Positions 39,286-55,358 of a stretch of 64,000 nt of DNA are shown here, piece after piece. Positions within the stretch are counted from its first letter, which is position 1; the number at the start of each line of letters is the position of its first letter. The DNA is taken from positions 12,090,001-12,154,000 of the forward strand of contig NC_135253.1 in NCBI RefSeq assembly GCF_964204865.1, written 5' to 3'. Made by a program: the position numbers and the translations under genes. Below the pieces are notes generated by a model. It was not told where the DNA came from. It ran no database searches and saw only the letters and a program-made list of their open reading frames with translations. The DNA is from Styela clava (lineage: Eukaryota).

Positions 39286-41130
39286 TTACACCATACTAGT
39301 ATTGTTATGATGCCATCCCCATACATCTTTTTCACTCACAATTACTGATTTATCCCCAACTGTTCTGATTTCCAGTTGAATAGGTGCGCTAGATAAATTA
39401 TTAGATTGGGCTAATTCAGCATTTTTTGTTGGAGTAGAAACCAAAACATTACAACCTTCTTTTAATATTCCGCGCTCATGAGCACTAGCAAGTAAACTGA
39501 CGACCCTTCGATCAACTTCATACTTAATCGACCGAGCACCATAGTATATATTATACCCATCAGCTAAAATTGTGGGAATTGAAGGTGTTTGCCAGGTAAT
39601 TTTAACTTTATGCTTTTTAGCAGCAATAGCTCTCCACATTTCCAGTTCCCTTTCCACAAGTTCAATTAATTCATTGTCTGAAAAAGGCAGGAAATACACA
39701 AACTCGTTAATTCGTCCCAAAAACTCATCTCTACCAAAATGTCGTTTTAAAATAGGTTGAACCACATTTTCTTTGAATGAGCGAGATACGCTGCTATACT
39801 GGCTAGGAATGGAATTTTGATTTTCAGTTTCATCAAGTTTACTTTTTCTCACATTATCTGCTTCTCTTCGAAGTTTTGCACCGTATTGCGCAATCTCATC
39901 AGATGCTAAATTTGAAGTCATAACAAAAATGGCATTTTTGCAGTCTATTGTTCTCCCCCTTCCATCAGTTAAACGCCCTTCATCAAAAAGCTGGAGCAAA
40001 ACTGTAAGTACATCGGGATGCGCCTTGTCAACCTCATCAAATAACACTACAGCGTCAGGTTTGGCTTTCAATTTCTTTGTCAGTTGGCCACCTTCATTAT
40101 GGCCAATGTATCCTGGAGGAGCCCCAATTAATTTGGCAACTTCGTGTTTTTCTTGATATTCAGACATATCAAGTCGTATGAAGGACTTTTTATCCCCTTT
40201 ATGTAAATAATTTGCTACCTGTTTAGCAAGTTCTGTTTTCCCTACACCTGAGGAGCCGAGAAATAGAAAAACGAGAGGATGATCCTCGTCATACCATCCA
40301 TTCTGTTTCCTACGTATGCATGAGGAGACAGTAGAAATAGGTCCCACTTGTCCTACGATGTGCTCTTTCAATCGCTTTTCAAGTGGAAACTTGAGCCTTT
40401 CTTGGGCTTCTTCTGCTTCTTTTTTAACAGATTGAGCTTTTTCATGAGAAATCAATAGATCATATAATTCATCGTTTTCCTCACTCACATATGAACTTGC
40501 TTTATGACCTAAATGATTCTTTATCAAAGCATCAGCTCCACGATTCAGTAAAGCAGTAACACAAGAATTAGAGTCTGCAACAGCAGCATAATGTAGGGCA
40601 GTAAAACCCAAAAAATTTGAATAATGATTCAATTCATCGCTAAAATTGTTTTCTCTTTCACGACGAACTCCCAATTCATCAATATGAAATTTATGAGAAA
40701 TATGACGAGAGGTTGTAAACAAATCTGTATGATTGGGGTTTGCACCAGCATCTAACAAAGCCAATAAAATCTCAATATGACCATTGACTGCTGCTGCCAT
40801 CAATGGAGTCCAACCATATTTGTGGGTGCTATTTATTATTTCATCTGCAACTTCTGCACTACATTTTTTCAATTCACCCAAGGTGTGTCGCAATCCAAAT
40901 ATATCCCCAGACACGGAGTAGTGCAGTATTGATGCCTTTAATTTTCTTTTCAGTAGAGAATCATTGCCTTCATCATTTGCTATAAATCCAATTGCTAAAA
41001 ATAGCAGTGGCGAAAGTCTCGAAGCTGAACTAAACTTTGGATTTTCATTCGGATTTGTATAAATCAAACGAAATGTCTGATCTACTATTGATTTTCGAGA
41101 ACAAGGTTTCAGACAGTGAATGGAAAACAT
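39286..41130 (-). CDS. CLPB: Mitochondrial disaggregase CLPB/Skd3 (ankyrin repeats + single AAA+), intronless
   Basis: Ankyrins GWTPLMAAA and GFTALHYAA. Walker A GSSGVGKT, RLDMSEYQEKHEV, Walker B VVLFDE, GARSIK. Start placed at the ATG (41130) after the acceptor; the frame is also open from ATG 41220. Confidence 0.93.
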   Translation of the reverse strand: MFSIHCLKPCSRKSIVDQTFRLIYTNPNENPKFSSASRLSPLLFLAIGFIANDEGNDSLLKRKLKASILHYSVSGDIFGLRHTLGELKKCSAEVADEIINSTHKYGWTPLMAAAVNGHIEILLALLDAGANPNHTDLFTTSRHISHKFHIDELGVRRERENNFSDELNHYSNFLGFTALHYAAVADSNSCVTALLNRGADALIKNHLGHKASSYVSEENDELYDLLISHEKAQSVKKEAEEAQERLKFPLEKRLKEHIVGQVGPISTVSSCIRRKQNGWYDEDHPLVFLFLGSSGVGKTELAKQVANYLHKGDKKSFIRLDMSEYQEKHEVAKLIGAPPGYIGHNEGGQLTKKLKAKPDAVVLFDEVDKAHPDVLTVLLQLFDEGRLTDGRGRTIDCKNAIFVMTSNLASDEIAQYGAKLRREADNVRKSKLDETENQNSIPSQYSSVSRSFKENVVQPILKRHFGRDEFLGRINEFVYFLPFSDNELIELVERELEMWRAIAAKKHKVKITWQTPSIPTILADGYNIYYGARSIKYEVDRRVVSLLASAHERGILKEGCNVLVSTPTKNAELAQSNNLSSAPIQLEIRTVGDKSVIVSEKDVWGWHHNNTSMV

Positions 41131-41137
41131 TTTATAG

Positions 41138-41155
41138 CTGGAACATTTGTTTATT
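41138..41155 (-). promoter_or_regulatory. Candidate poly(A) signal plus trans-splice acceptor at the TRAPPC2L/CLPB junction
   Basis: Minus strand reads AATAAA-CAAATGTTCCAG|CTATAAA-ATG. Confidence 0.55.
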
Positions 41156-41285
41156 AGAAGTGTTCGTCTTGGCACCAACAAGAGTTTTTTGGTAATATTA
41201 TTTATTCTTGCATTCATCATTATGACATACAGACATAAGGTGATGGTATTATTATACAATAAATTATTATTTAAAAACTTAACCA

Positions 41286-41711
41286 CTATTCAGCAAGCAA
41301 TGAAGAAACGACTCTGTCAAATGATTTAGATTTAATGGTTTCTCCAGGAATATAAAACGGGTTACACACTAATTCTGTGTAGGCATTATGAAGCTTACGA
41401 AACATACTTCTTATTTCATTATCCCTTTTTTGAACATTAGATGGATCCACTACAATAACAAATTTGACCTTAGTGTTCGTAACGTAACCGTAAACTTTGT
41501 AGTCTTCTGTGGGATACAATAAACCAAGGTAAAACTCACGAAGGTCAGATGATGTCCCAGAACCTTTGCCAACGCTGGCGATTTTTTCTTCTACAACGTC
41601 TAATGAAGTATGAACAGTATAATGAAATTTGAGTTCGTTTTCCTCGCCCGGCTTACAGCGTATAAGTAATGGATAGTTTTCTTTAGCAATAACAGCAATA
41701 CAAACTGCCAT
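41286..41711 (-). CDS. TRAPPC2L: Trafficking protein particle complex subunit 2-like (sedlin family), intronless
   Basis: [15 protein letters not shown]...[10 protein letters not shown]...[24 protein letters not shown]...CNPFY. Confidence 0.95.
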   Translation of the reverse strand: MAVCIAVIAKENYPLLIRCKPGEENELKFHYTVHTSLDVVEEKIASVGKGSGTSSDLREFYLGLLYPTEDYKVYGYVTNTKVKFVIVVDPSNVQKRDNEIRSMFRKLHNAYTELVCNPFYIPGETIKSKSFDRVVSSLLAE

Positions 41712-42026
41712 AGCACAAGAATAGTCGAACGAACAACTTACAAATCCATGCGAATACACAGCACCGCCACCAACGCTACGATATCTAAAATGGCGTCAGT
41801 GTTATAGCGCCTCCTGTTTCCTATCCAACGTAATTTTGTTACACCACTGCGCTCTGAAGTTGGTCATCGCTATTCTGACTTTAATAGAAAGGTATCCCGG
41901 TAAATACATTGAAGATATACTTTTAAGATATAGGTTTCGCTCATCCCCCATTGCAGTCTGGAACCGGGATTACTTTTTTCTACCCGATGACAATTTTGGA
42001 ACGTTATGAACATACAGAACTAAAAG
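41712..42026. promoter_or_regulatory. Bidirectional promoter TRAPPC2L/RAB4
   Basis: Head-to-head ATGs about 315 bp apart. CpG-containing, with a YY1-like AAAATGGCG at 41787-41795. Confidence 0.7.
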
Positions 42027-46510
<4,484 letters not shown>

Positions 46511-47261
46511 GGACTTTGCATTATATATAAAATGTTATAAATTTTATTTCCATCCATCATTACATATATCTATATATTATCACTCCTGCTGCACATGATT
46601 ATGTCTGTACTTGACTGTTGTACCTTTTGTTTCCGTTTTAAATAGAGTGGCAAGGATTAAAAATCAGGACACTTGAATACACTGTGGGTAAAATGCTGTT
46701 CGAATAGTGTCCAGAATATTGATTAATTCAAGGAATGGCATGTACCGGATTAACTATATATATCATTAAGGGGTAAAGTTAGGTACTCCCGTCGTGTGTG
46801 TACCGGACCAAGTGAACGAATATACCCCCTGCCCATTACACAACTTTATGTAAAGTAGGCTTCCCCATATTGGTACACATACGGTTCTGGAGCGCCTATT
46901 GCTGCATTCTGGCAAAAAGCAATGGATGTTCAAGTTTTTTCTGTAAAGCACTGCATTCTCGGACAATTGGGTGAATCTGATGACCACACCGAACAAGCAC
47001 TTATCCTGTTAACTGAGGCAATAATAATACTAACAAGTGGTCCATAAGCATTTGTGCAATCATGATTTGTATGTATTCTTTCCATGTGTTTGCTTGAAAG
47101 TCTGTATATGTATAAATAATATTACAATGTTCATTGCATGGTGATAAAAACAAGGGAACAAAAATAGAACAGTCATTGGCGCCATCTGGGTTTTGTGATC
47201 CTTCGCGCTGTTCGCCATTTTCAATAAGAAATCTTCAAATGTGAAGCCAAAGATATAGACT

Positions 47262-50213
47262 TCAAGACGCTTTCTTGAAACCTTTCAGAATTGGGTAGAT
47301 GTTGTTGAAAGCTTCCTCTATCTCTGATCTCACTTTTGCACCTGAAGAGAATAGTTTAATTTTAAAATAATCCCTAGAATATGTTATATGATTAAAAGAT
47401 AACTTGTAGTATGGGAAACACTCACCAGTGAGTACAACTTTGCCAGATACGAAGATTAGAAGTACAATGCGAGGTTTCACCATTCTGTAGATCAGCCCAG
47501 GAAAGAGTTCAGGCTCATAGCTGTAAAATGAAATTCTATGTTCAAGTGCCCAGATTCCACGATGTATGTGTTAACTTATGTAACATTCCTAGAAGGTTTT
47601 CATAAATTATAGAAAGTATAGGCCAGTGCTACTCAACTGGCGGTCCGAAGATTCGGACCGCGACGAATTCTTTATTTTGGATCATGAGCCCCACTATTGA
47701 AGTTTTCCTTTTATAATATCACTTTTCATAGATTTAAATATATATGAAAAGAACTATAATGCCATAATAAATATTCTTGATTAGCTAATAATCATTAGTC
47801 GGTCGAGGAAGTGCGGGTTTAATAAGGATGCCCAAATATTTTTGAAGTTTTGTATGCCGATTCTCGGTAAAAATAGTTGAGTAGCCCTGGTATAGGCTAC
47901 TGATTGTAACCATTTTCAAACGTTCACAACTTGGCAGATCTACAATTTCCAATGCATATATAAAGAAAGATAGGTCTCTAAAATGAAAAATTCCATCAGA
48001 TTCATTTAAGTACCAACCTTGAGAATTGTCCGTGTGTTAGTACAAGGCCTTCCAATCGAATTGGAAACTTCACATCAACACTTCCTACCATGTTTTGTAT
48101 TCGAAAATCTAAAAATTTTGCTGGAAAACCCAGTTTCTGTACAACTCTCGCATATTTTCTGGCAGCTAATCTTGAATTAGTTTCACTTTTAGCTCCTGTG
48201 CACACCATCTTGCCAGAACTGAATATTAAAGCAGTTGTCCGCGGATCACGAATTCGCATAATTACTGCAGCAAATCGCTAAAAATACATATTTACATTAT
48301 TTTGGAATTTTTGTCAGCTTACTGGTAGGTAAGTTGTATAGCTAAACAACCGACCATAATAGAAGAACTACAGGTAATCATGTTTTATATCAGTATCAAA
48401 GATGCTTTGGGCTAAATAAAATAAGTGAACCCTTACCTTTGGGTTATATTCAGCATTTCTAGCATGTAAGGCAATTTTCTTGAGATCCAACTTACATCCT
48501 AGATTTACAGTTGACACAATATTTCTGAAAAGTAAGAAAAATAATAACATCACCTATCATGTTTGAGTCTTTATTTTTTTTTTTGCAAGTCCACATGAAA
48601 TATATTTTACATCATTACTACATGTATCAAATATTCCACAGAATTTCTTCCAAAGTAATTTAACATATGACACAGAACAATCAAACCATATACTTACTGT
48701 AACATTGGTGGTCCGACCCCAGAATCTGCAGGAGTTCGAGGAGTCATTGGTGTTGCTACATTCACACTCAAGGGATAACCAGGAGTGTTCGCATGATAAT
48801 TACTCAATGCGCTAGGAGTGGGGACCTGTTCAAAATAAAGGAAATATAAAACAAATCATTTCGATATGGTCTGCCCTATTGTCAAAATAATACCATTGGG
48901 TTTGATGGAAGAAAAAAATATACTCATCATAAGACACAAGTAATGGTAAGTAAAGACCTGATTTTCTGTAACATACATGTGACATACTTGGAGATTGGAT
49001 AAAGGTGCTGGACTCATTGCAACTGATGTTCTGTGCTGTTGAGCATCTGATCGTTCATCTTCGTTCTGACGATGTGACCTTTGACTTTCCAAAGTAACAA
49101 AGTGTTGATTGGATGCTAATGAAAGGAATGATATCAATCGTTACTCCTTGATGCCTTATAATACAAATACCACAATTAGTTTTACAATAGCTTGCAGGAA
49201 CATGGTCTATTACAGACGAACAAATAGTGAAGGCCAATTGATACAAGGAGAGAGGATTTTATTACTCATACATCAAAAAATGGTGAAAATTCAATTTTGG
49301 TATAGCAATACTGCCTTTGTGAAATCAAAATAAATGAATACCCAGGCATAGAAGCATAAGGTAAGGTTACACTAGCAAAAATATGGTATTGTGGGTCCCA
49401 CATTATCTGGGGATATAAAACACAACTGTACACCTAAAAACAAGACACGACATATGCTATTACAAGCAAGGAAATTGCAAATTATTGCAAGGAACCTATT
49501 GCAGTTCATTTTGCAAGGTAAGTAGACTATGCCACTTTATGGCCGACTAGGATTAGCAATCATACATTGAAATTCAGATATTTGATCATTCAATTAGCCA
49601 TCGCATATAAAGCAATCAAATCGGAGGCATGTGAAAAAACGAAGTGTACAGTTGGAGCACAATATTAGACTTAACAAACCTCCAGGTTGTGTATTTTGTT
49701 GATGCGATGGAGCTCCATACATTGGATGGCTTCCATACATTCCTCTTGGTGGCTGTTGGTGATGACTCACAGCGTTATATCCACTTGGATTTGGCAAACT
49801 TAATCCAGAACTTCCAGCCTGAATATAAAGCAAAATACATGTCTAATTTGGTAAGCAATTACTGAATCTGACAGTGACTTGCCCTGGAATATCCATTCTT
49901 GATAGAACAATAGCCTAAATACAGACGGTACTGAAATATCAACCAGTTCTGCAGTTAGGCTATATCTACGTATTCACCAATAGTTATAATGAATTTATAG
50001 ATATTGTTCATTGGCAAGTAGACAAAGCAGTACAATAATGGTATTGCAAACCTTCACCAGGTAAGGATGTAAATTCAGTGATTCACTTACCTGATTTTGT
50101 GATAATTGTGGATTTGCCTGAGAAATCAAAGGCCGTTGTTGTCCACTAACACTCCTTTGTTGTAATATTCCTCCATGTGGAATAGTGCCTGGAATGACTC
50201 GCTGTGGATTCAT
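47262..50213 (-). CDS. TBP: TATA-box-binding protein
   Basis: About 8 exons. Core [39 protein letters not shown]...[13 protein letters not shown]...PILKGFKK, with a Gln/Pro-rich N-terminus. Confidence 0.96.
47624..47889. mobile_element. hAT MITE in TBP intron
   Basis: TIRs CAGTGCTACTCAACT...AGTTGAGTAGCCCTG. Perfect TSD GTATAGGC. Confidence 0.9.
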
Positions 50214-50794
50214 CGTAAGGCAGTAAAAATTCAGGAAGTTAGGAAACACCGCCTTTCGAACTCAAGCAAGAGTAGTGACCTACACAGTCACAAACAACGA
50301 AGATACGAACAGCGACGACGTCAAAAATGAATGACAGCGCCCCAAGCGGAGTGAAATAATATCATTCAACTTTTTTATTGCGTCATTTCCTTTATTTTTC
50401 ATAGTGATATTAAATTCCAATTTATTAAAAATAATATGTAAAAATTAAAATGATATATAAGTTTATGTATTATTCAAAATTTCTCGATAGCTAATGCGTA
50501 CTGTATAGATTGAGACTAAACAAACTTTTTGAACAAAATTTTTTTACCTCCAACAGTTTTGTTTCACACAAAGCTTCTAAATACTACACGCGCACACTTA
50601 ATAAACAATTGAATACGTGTTAATTTTAAAATAAAATCAGTCAGCATGCATTGATAGCTTAATAGTGTTTGAGAGCTAAAGTGGTTTACAGGTTCAAAGC
50701 ATTATTTTTAGTAAAATAGTTAGCCATGTGCCGTGTATGGGAACTGAAAGCAAATTATAGCCTTGTGCCCCAGTCTATCGCAGTTTTTTCGTCA

Positions 50795-53751
50795 TAGGCC
50801 GCGAGCCGAGGCCATTTATCTTTCAGTTTCGTAGCGCACATCAGGTAACTACCTGAAAATGATTTTAAAATGTTCCTTAGAAATTTAGTAACAAATATTG
50901 CCTTGTTCCCACTTCCAAAAGTTGCACGTTTTACAGAAAAGACGCTTTTACTACAATAAATATGTGTTACCATCTGTCCTATTTTCTCTGCTTTTCCGGT
51001 ATCATGGGCCAATGAACGCAGACTTCTGCACGACGTAACAGTCAAGTTAGTCAGCTGTAGGTGGAGACCCAGTGGTCGGATGAATATCAGATGTACTACA
51101 ACTGCTCGCTTTTGCGTTGAGTACGGTAGCCTTTCTATAGTTTTTTTCAGTTACCGGTAATATTAGTTCAGTTATTCTAAGGAGGTGTTGAAAAGTATAG
51201 GTAAGATATTAAACACTTGTATATCCTTACCATAACAAGCAATTTCAGTTGAGCACTAGCTCATAAGACGTTGTTAAATAGGTACGGTGCGGTAACTCCA
51301 AGGAAGGCTAGACCTAGAATAATATGTCACAAACAACGATATTTTCTGGCTTGCATGAAATGTTTATGATTAATTTAATGACTCTTTTTGACTATTCAGC
51401 AGACTTATACTACTATATAGGCCACAGCATATTTGGAAATAGAAATGAATGGCTGTTTCTGTAATGCACGGTTGTGTGAAAGAGAAGAAATTAATCAATT
51501 TTCCTAATGTCGGTTGGTCTAAATCTAAATTCATAGAGTCGACAAGAACCTGGGAAGCAATGATAAGTTATGCCGGAGTGGAAAGAAAGGTAGCATTGGA
51601 AACGATTGAGAGGTGAGAAATCAAGTTGTAGACAAACAGTTGATGTTTCAAAATATAGTCTATAGTCCATACTCATACTGTCATAGGACATTTCAGACTG
51701 TGATATATCAAAATTTAGTGTAGATATAGTCTAGTAATGGTATGCAAACACTGCTGGACTGTAGTACATGCAATGAGCATATACCGGTATACGCTCATTT
51801 AGTACATCAGATAAAATGCATTATATATTCAAGGTATTAGTTAGTACCGTATTTAGGGGTATTTTTAAAATCATGCTGCTCCAAATATTATTTTCTTCCT
51901 TATTTTAGATACTGTACTACAAAAGAAAACGGCAATGTTCCACCAATCCGACCTAACGCAGGCTCTGATCCCTGCTGCTATCAGTGCTATAAAATGGATT
52001 AAACAAGAAGCCTTGAAGCTTAAAGGTATATGAGAATCATAATAGTTGCAAACAGCTTAGATGGGCTATTCATATTGAAATACTTTAGCACTTTTCTGCA
52101 ATTGGAACTGCCCATCAAATTCATGTTGGAGACTTCATTGAGATTTTCAATTCATTTATTTCCCTCGACTATGAAGATCTTTTGAGGTTAACGAGGCATT
52201 AATAAATAAAGCTGAGGAATTTGAAGAGGATATGAAGAATGTAAATGATACCAGGGCACGTCTATTTAACACTGTCAAACATAAGGATTATACTCTCCAC
52301 CCAACAATGATTCACTGAAGAAGCATGTGGCCCTCAAATCAGTTCTTGAGTTGGCAAACTGCAAAGAAAAATAGTCAAAATAATTTATGAAAGTGTGCCA
52401 AAATCAACTTAAATTGCACAGATTTTTGTTTTTGTTTTGACTGCAGAAATCACAGTACACCTATAGAGGAAAAGTCGATTTTTGAGATAGTGGATTTCGA
52501 AAACAATTCAGAAGAAAGTGAATTAGATATTACAGTTGATTTAATAAGTATCATACTCATACATTTGTTTGTTTTTTCGGACATTTGTTAGTGTCGTAGT
52601 CCTGTTTCTAGAAATATTATTGCCTTTTCAAATACATAACCACATAAACTAAAAAAGATTAATTGTGAATTGTAATATTTCTGTTCACTATGTTATGTAC
52701 ATATTGTACATTCGTTTAATTTTCTTGACTTGCGGTAAATTTCTAAGTGAGAAATAACTGATTTATTTGTGTTTTCGTGCTCACGATGTTAATTTGTGAC
52801 TTCATTGCTAAAAAATAAATAGGTTTGATAGCTTCTATAAAATGGATGTAGCTTTTCATGCTGTTCTTGTTGTAAACTGCTTGTGGTTATTACATAAAAT
52901 TTATTCGCAAATGTGAATCAGCGTTGTTGGTGTCGCTGCTTTCGAGGTCACTCCCGACTCCTGTCACACAATTAAAGTATTTTTTGTTGTTGGTTACATG
53001 TATGCCATATTTTTCGTAATCTACCTAATAAATTATGATTGACTGAGGAAGTCCGATTTTGGTCAGGCAAAACATTACAGGAATACATTTGTGTTAGTGT
53101 GCTGTAGGGCTCTCGAATTGTATAGTTCTTATGTATGTGTTGTAAACTTATGGTTATTGAATTTCCGGGAACCTCTTATATTCAATTTCGCACCAGGATT
53201 GTGGAACAAGCTGTAATGCGTTCATTATGTTCGTTTTCACACAAAACTGAAGAATTTATTTAGTTACCAGATGTGCGCTACGAAACTCATTTTCTGGGCG
53301 TTTTCATGGTTTCGTCTCACGGCCCATATCCGTGGTAAGGATCTACAAGTGTTTAATAACTTACTTATACATTTTTCAACAACGTCTTAGCATAACTTAA
53401 CTAATAATAACTAAACAGGGCTATGGAAAGGCTGCCCAACTCAGCGCAAGGTCGAGCAGTAATACCTAATATTCATCCACTCGCTAACAGCTGGTTTAAT
53501 TCAATTGTTACGTCTTGCAGAAGTCATTGTTCCTTGCCGATAATGTAGAGAATATAGGACAGATCGTAGCACATATTTCTTGTAGTAAAAGCTTCTTTTC
53601 CGTAAAACGTGCAACTTTTGGAAGTGGGAACAAGGCAATATTTGTTACTAAATTTTTAAGGAACATTTTAAAATCATTTTCAGGTAGTTACCTGATGTGC
53701 GCTACGAAACTCACTTTCTAGGCGTTTTTCAGGGCCTCGGCTCGCGGCCTA
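50795..53751 (+). mobile_element. Academ-superfamily DNA transposon, non-autonomous deletion derivative
   Basis: Long imperfect TIRs (~50795-51230 vs ~53335-53751), 5'-TAG...CTA-3' termini and 3-bp TSD TCA. Internal broken coding remnants include VNDTRARLF..., NNDSLKKH and CAKINLNCTDFCFCFDCRN. Confidence 0.8.
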
Positions 53752-54569
53752 TCACTGATTTTTGATTATTGTTACTAAAATGAAGCTTATCGGAAGACAT
53801 AATGAAAAATAAAATATTTGATATACTACTATTTAGGGAAACCGACAAAAAATACAACCTACTACAACAGTGGTACCCCGAAAATAAAATCTAGTCTGAA
53901 TTAGTCAACAACGCAATCTCTGGCTATATACGGTACTCGTGACCTAGCCGGACTTGTATAATGATTCTAACATATAATGACAACCAATTATTATTGAATT
54001 ACTATTTTTTGTTCTGTGCTTCAAATATTTATAGTGTGACATTATTTGTGAAAGAAAAACTCTCTCTCTCTCTCCTACACAATATTATTAGGTTAACTAT
54101 GATATTACGACGTCAAATAAATTTTAAAGCGCATATGACGTCAATGTGGAGGGGGAATAAATGAAATGGTAGTGGCCAAGCACCCCGATATGGTGGATGT
54201 GCGTAATGAAAATGACTGTGGTTGCAATTCCATAATAATTCAATCCAGTAATTCCATAATAATTGGTTGTCAGGATGCCAGAAATAAACACTCAAAAAAT
54301 ACGCGAATGTAATAAACTTACGGGCTGTTGTATTCTTATGAAATACTCAAGCTAATAAGGACCAATTTATTCTGATACAATGACAACGTGTGTAGGTGTA
54401 TTGTAATGTGATAAGGTGACGAGAAGCGTCAAAAACCGTGAAAACTACATTGATTTGGCATTGGTGAAAATGTGATACAGAGAATCAAGACACATACAAA
54501 CAAATCAAAGCAATGCTGGTAAATTCTGCGCTCAGCGGCTCAGGCAATTATAAAAACAACAAAAGAGCA

Positions 54570-55358
54570 GCGCCCAAATATATGGACACATCTGTTCGCA
54601 GTACAGTACGGTTTACCGTACCGTCAGATCACAGTCTACAACAAGAGAGCTGTGCTCAAATATATGGACACGTAGCGCCACCTAATGGCAATAATTTTGA
54701 TGGCGTCTTAGCAAAAAAAGAGTAATAGCCTTCTGAGGAAAATTTTTATCTTTAACCACTGAAAATTTCAAAGCAATTGGTCTAGTAATCAAAAAGAAAA
54801 GCGATTTCTTCAAAACGTGTCAAAGAACAACACAAGAGAGCTATGCTCAAATATATGGGCACGTAGCGCCACCCAATGGCGATAATTTTAATGACGTCAT
54901 AGCGAAAAAAAAATAAAAGCCTTCTGGAGAAAAATTTTATCTTCAACCACTGAAAATTTCAAAGCAATTGGTCCAGTATTCGAAGAGAAAGGCGATTTTT
55001 TAAAAATGATGGAGACAAATAACAATAACAACATAATATTGAAACGATCGTTATGTCTACTAAACGTGTCCAAAATTATATTCACATAAAGCGAAGCAGT
55101 ACAGTAGGACACAAAATGGCGTCCGATGACCACAGAACGTTCGGTGACGTCTTAGCAAACATAAACAAATGTCACGGAGCTAACAGAAATATTTGAAATA
55201 AATAAAAGTAATAGATTTCTGGAGAAAAATTTCATCTTTAACCACCAAAAATTTCAAAGCAATTGGTCCAGTGATCAACTAGGTGTCCGAAAAGTGTTGA
55301 ACAACAAAAAAAACAAGATAACAACAAAACGATCGTTATGTCCACTAAACGTGTCCGA
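54570..55358. repeat. Tandem/partial copies of the 26.2-kb HINE-like repeat
   Basis: CAAGAGAGCT.TGCTCAAATATATGG.CACGTAGCGCCACC at ~54642 and ~54833, plus partial copies near 54578 and 55108-55358 ending ACGTGTCC. Confidence 0.8.

Noticed and set aside
51449-52317. Small host gene or Pack-type captured gene
   Set aside because: It has stops and frameshifts, and the peptides resemble the ends of an Academ transposase lying between TIRs.
50755-53721. Paralogous ORFs 50755-51045 (-) and 53515-53721 (+)
   Set aside because: Both are chance translations of the two TIRs.
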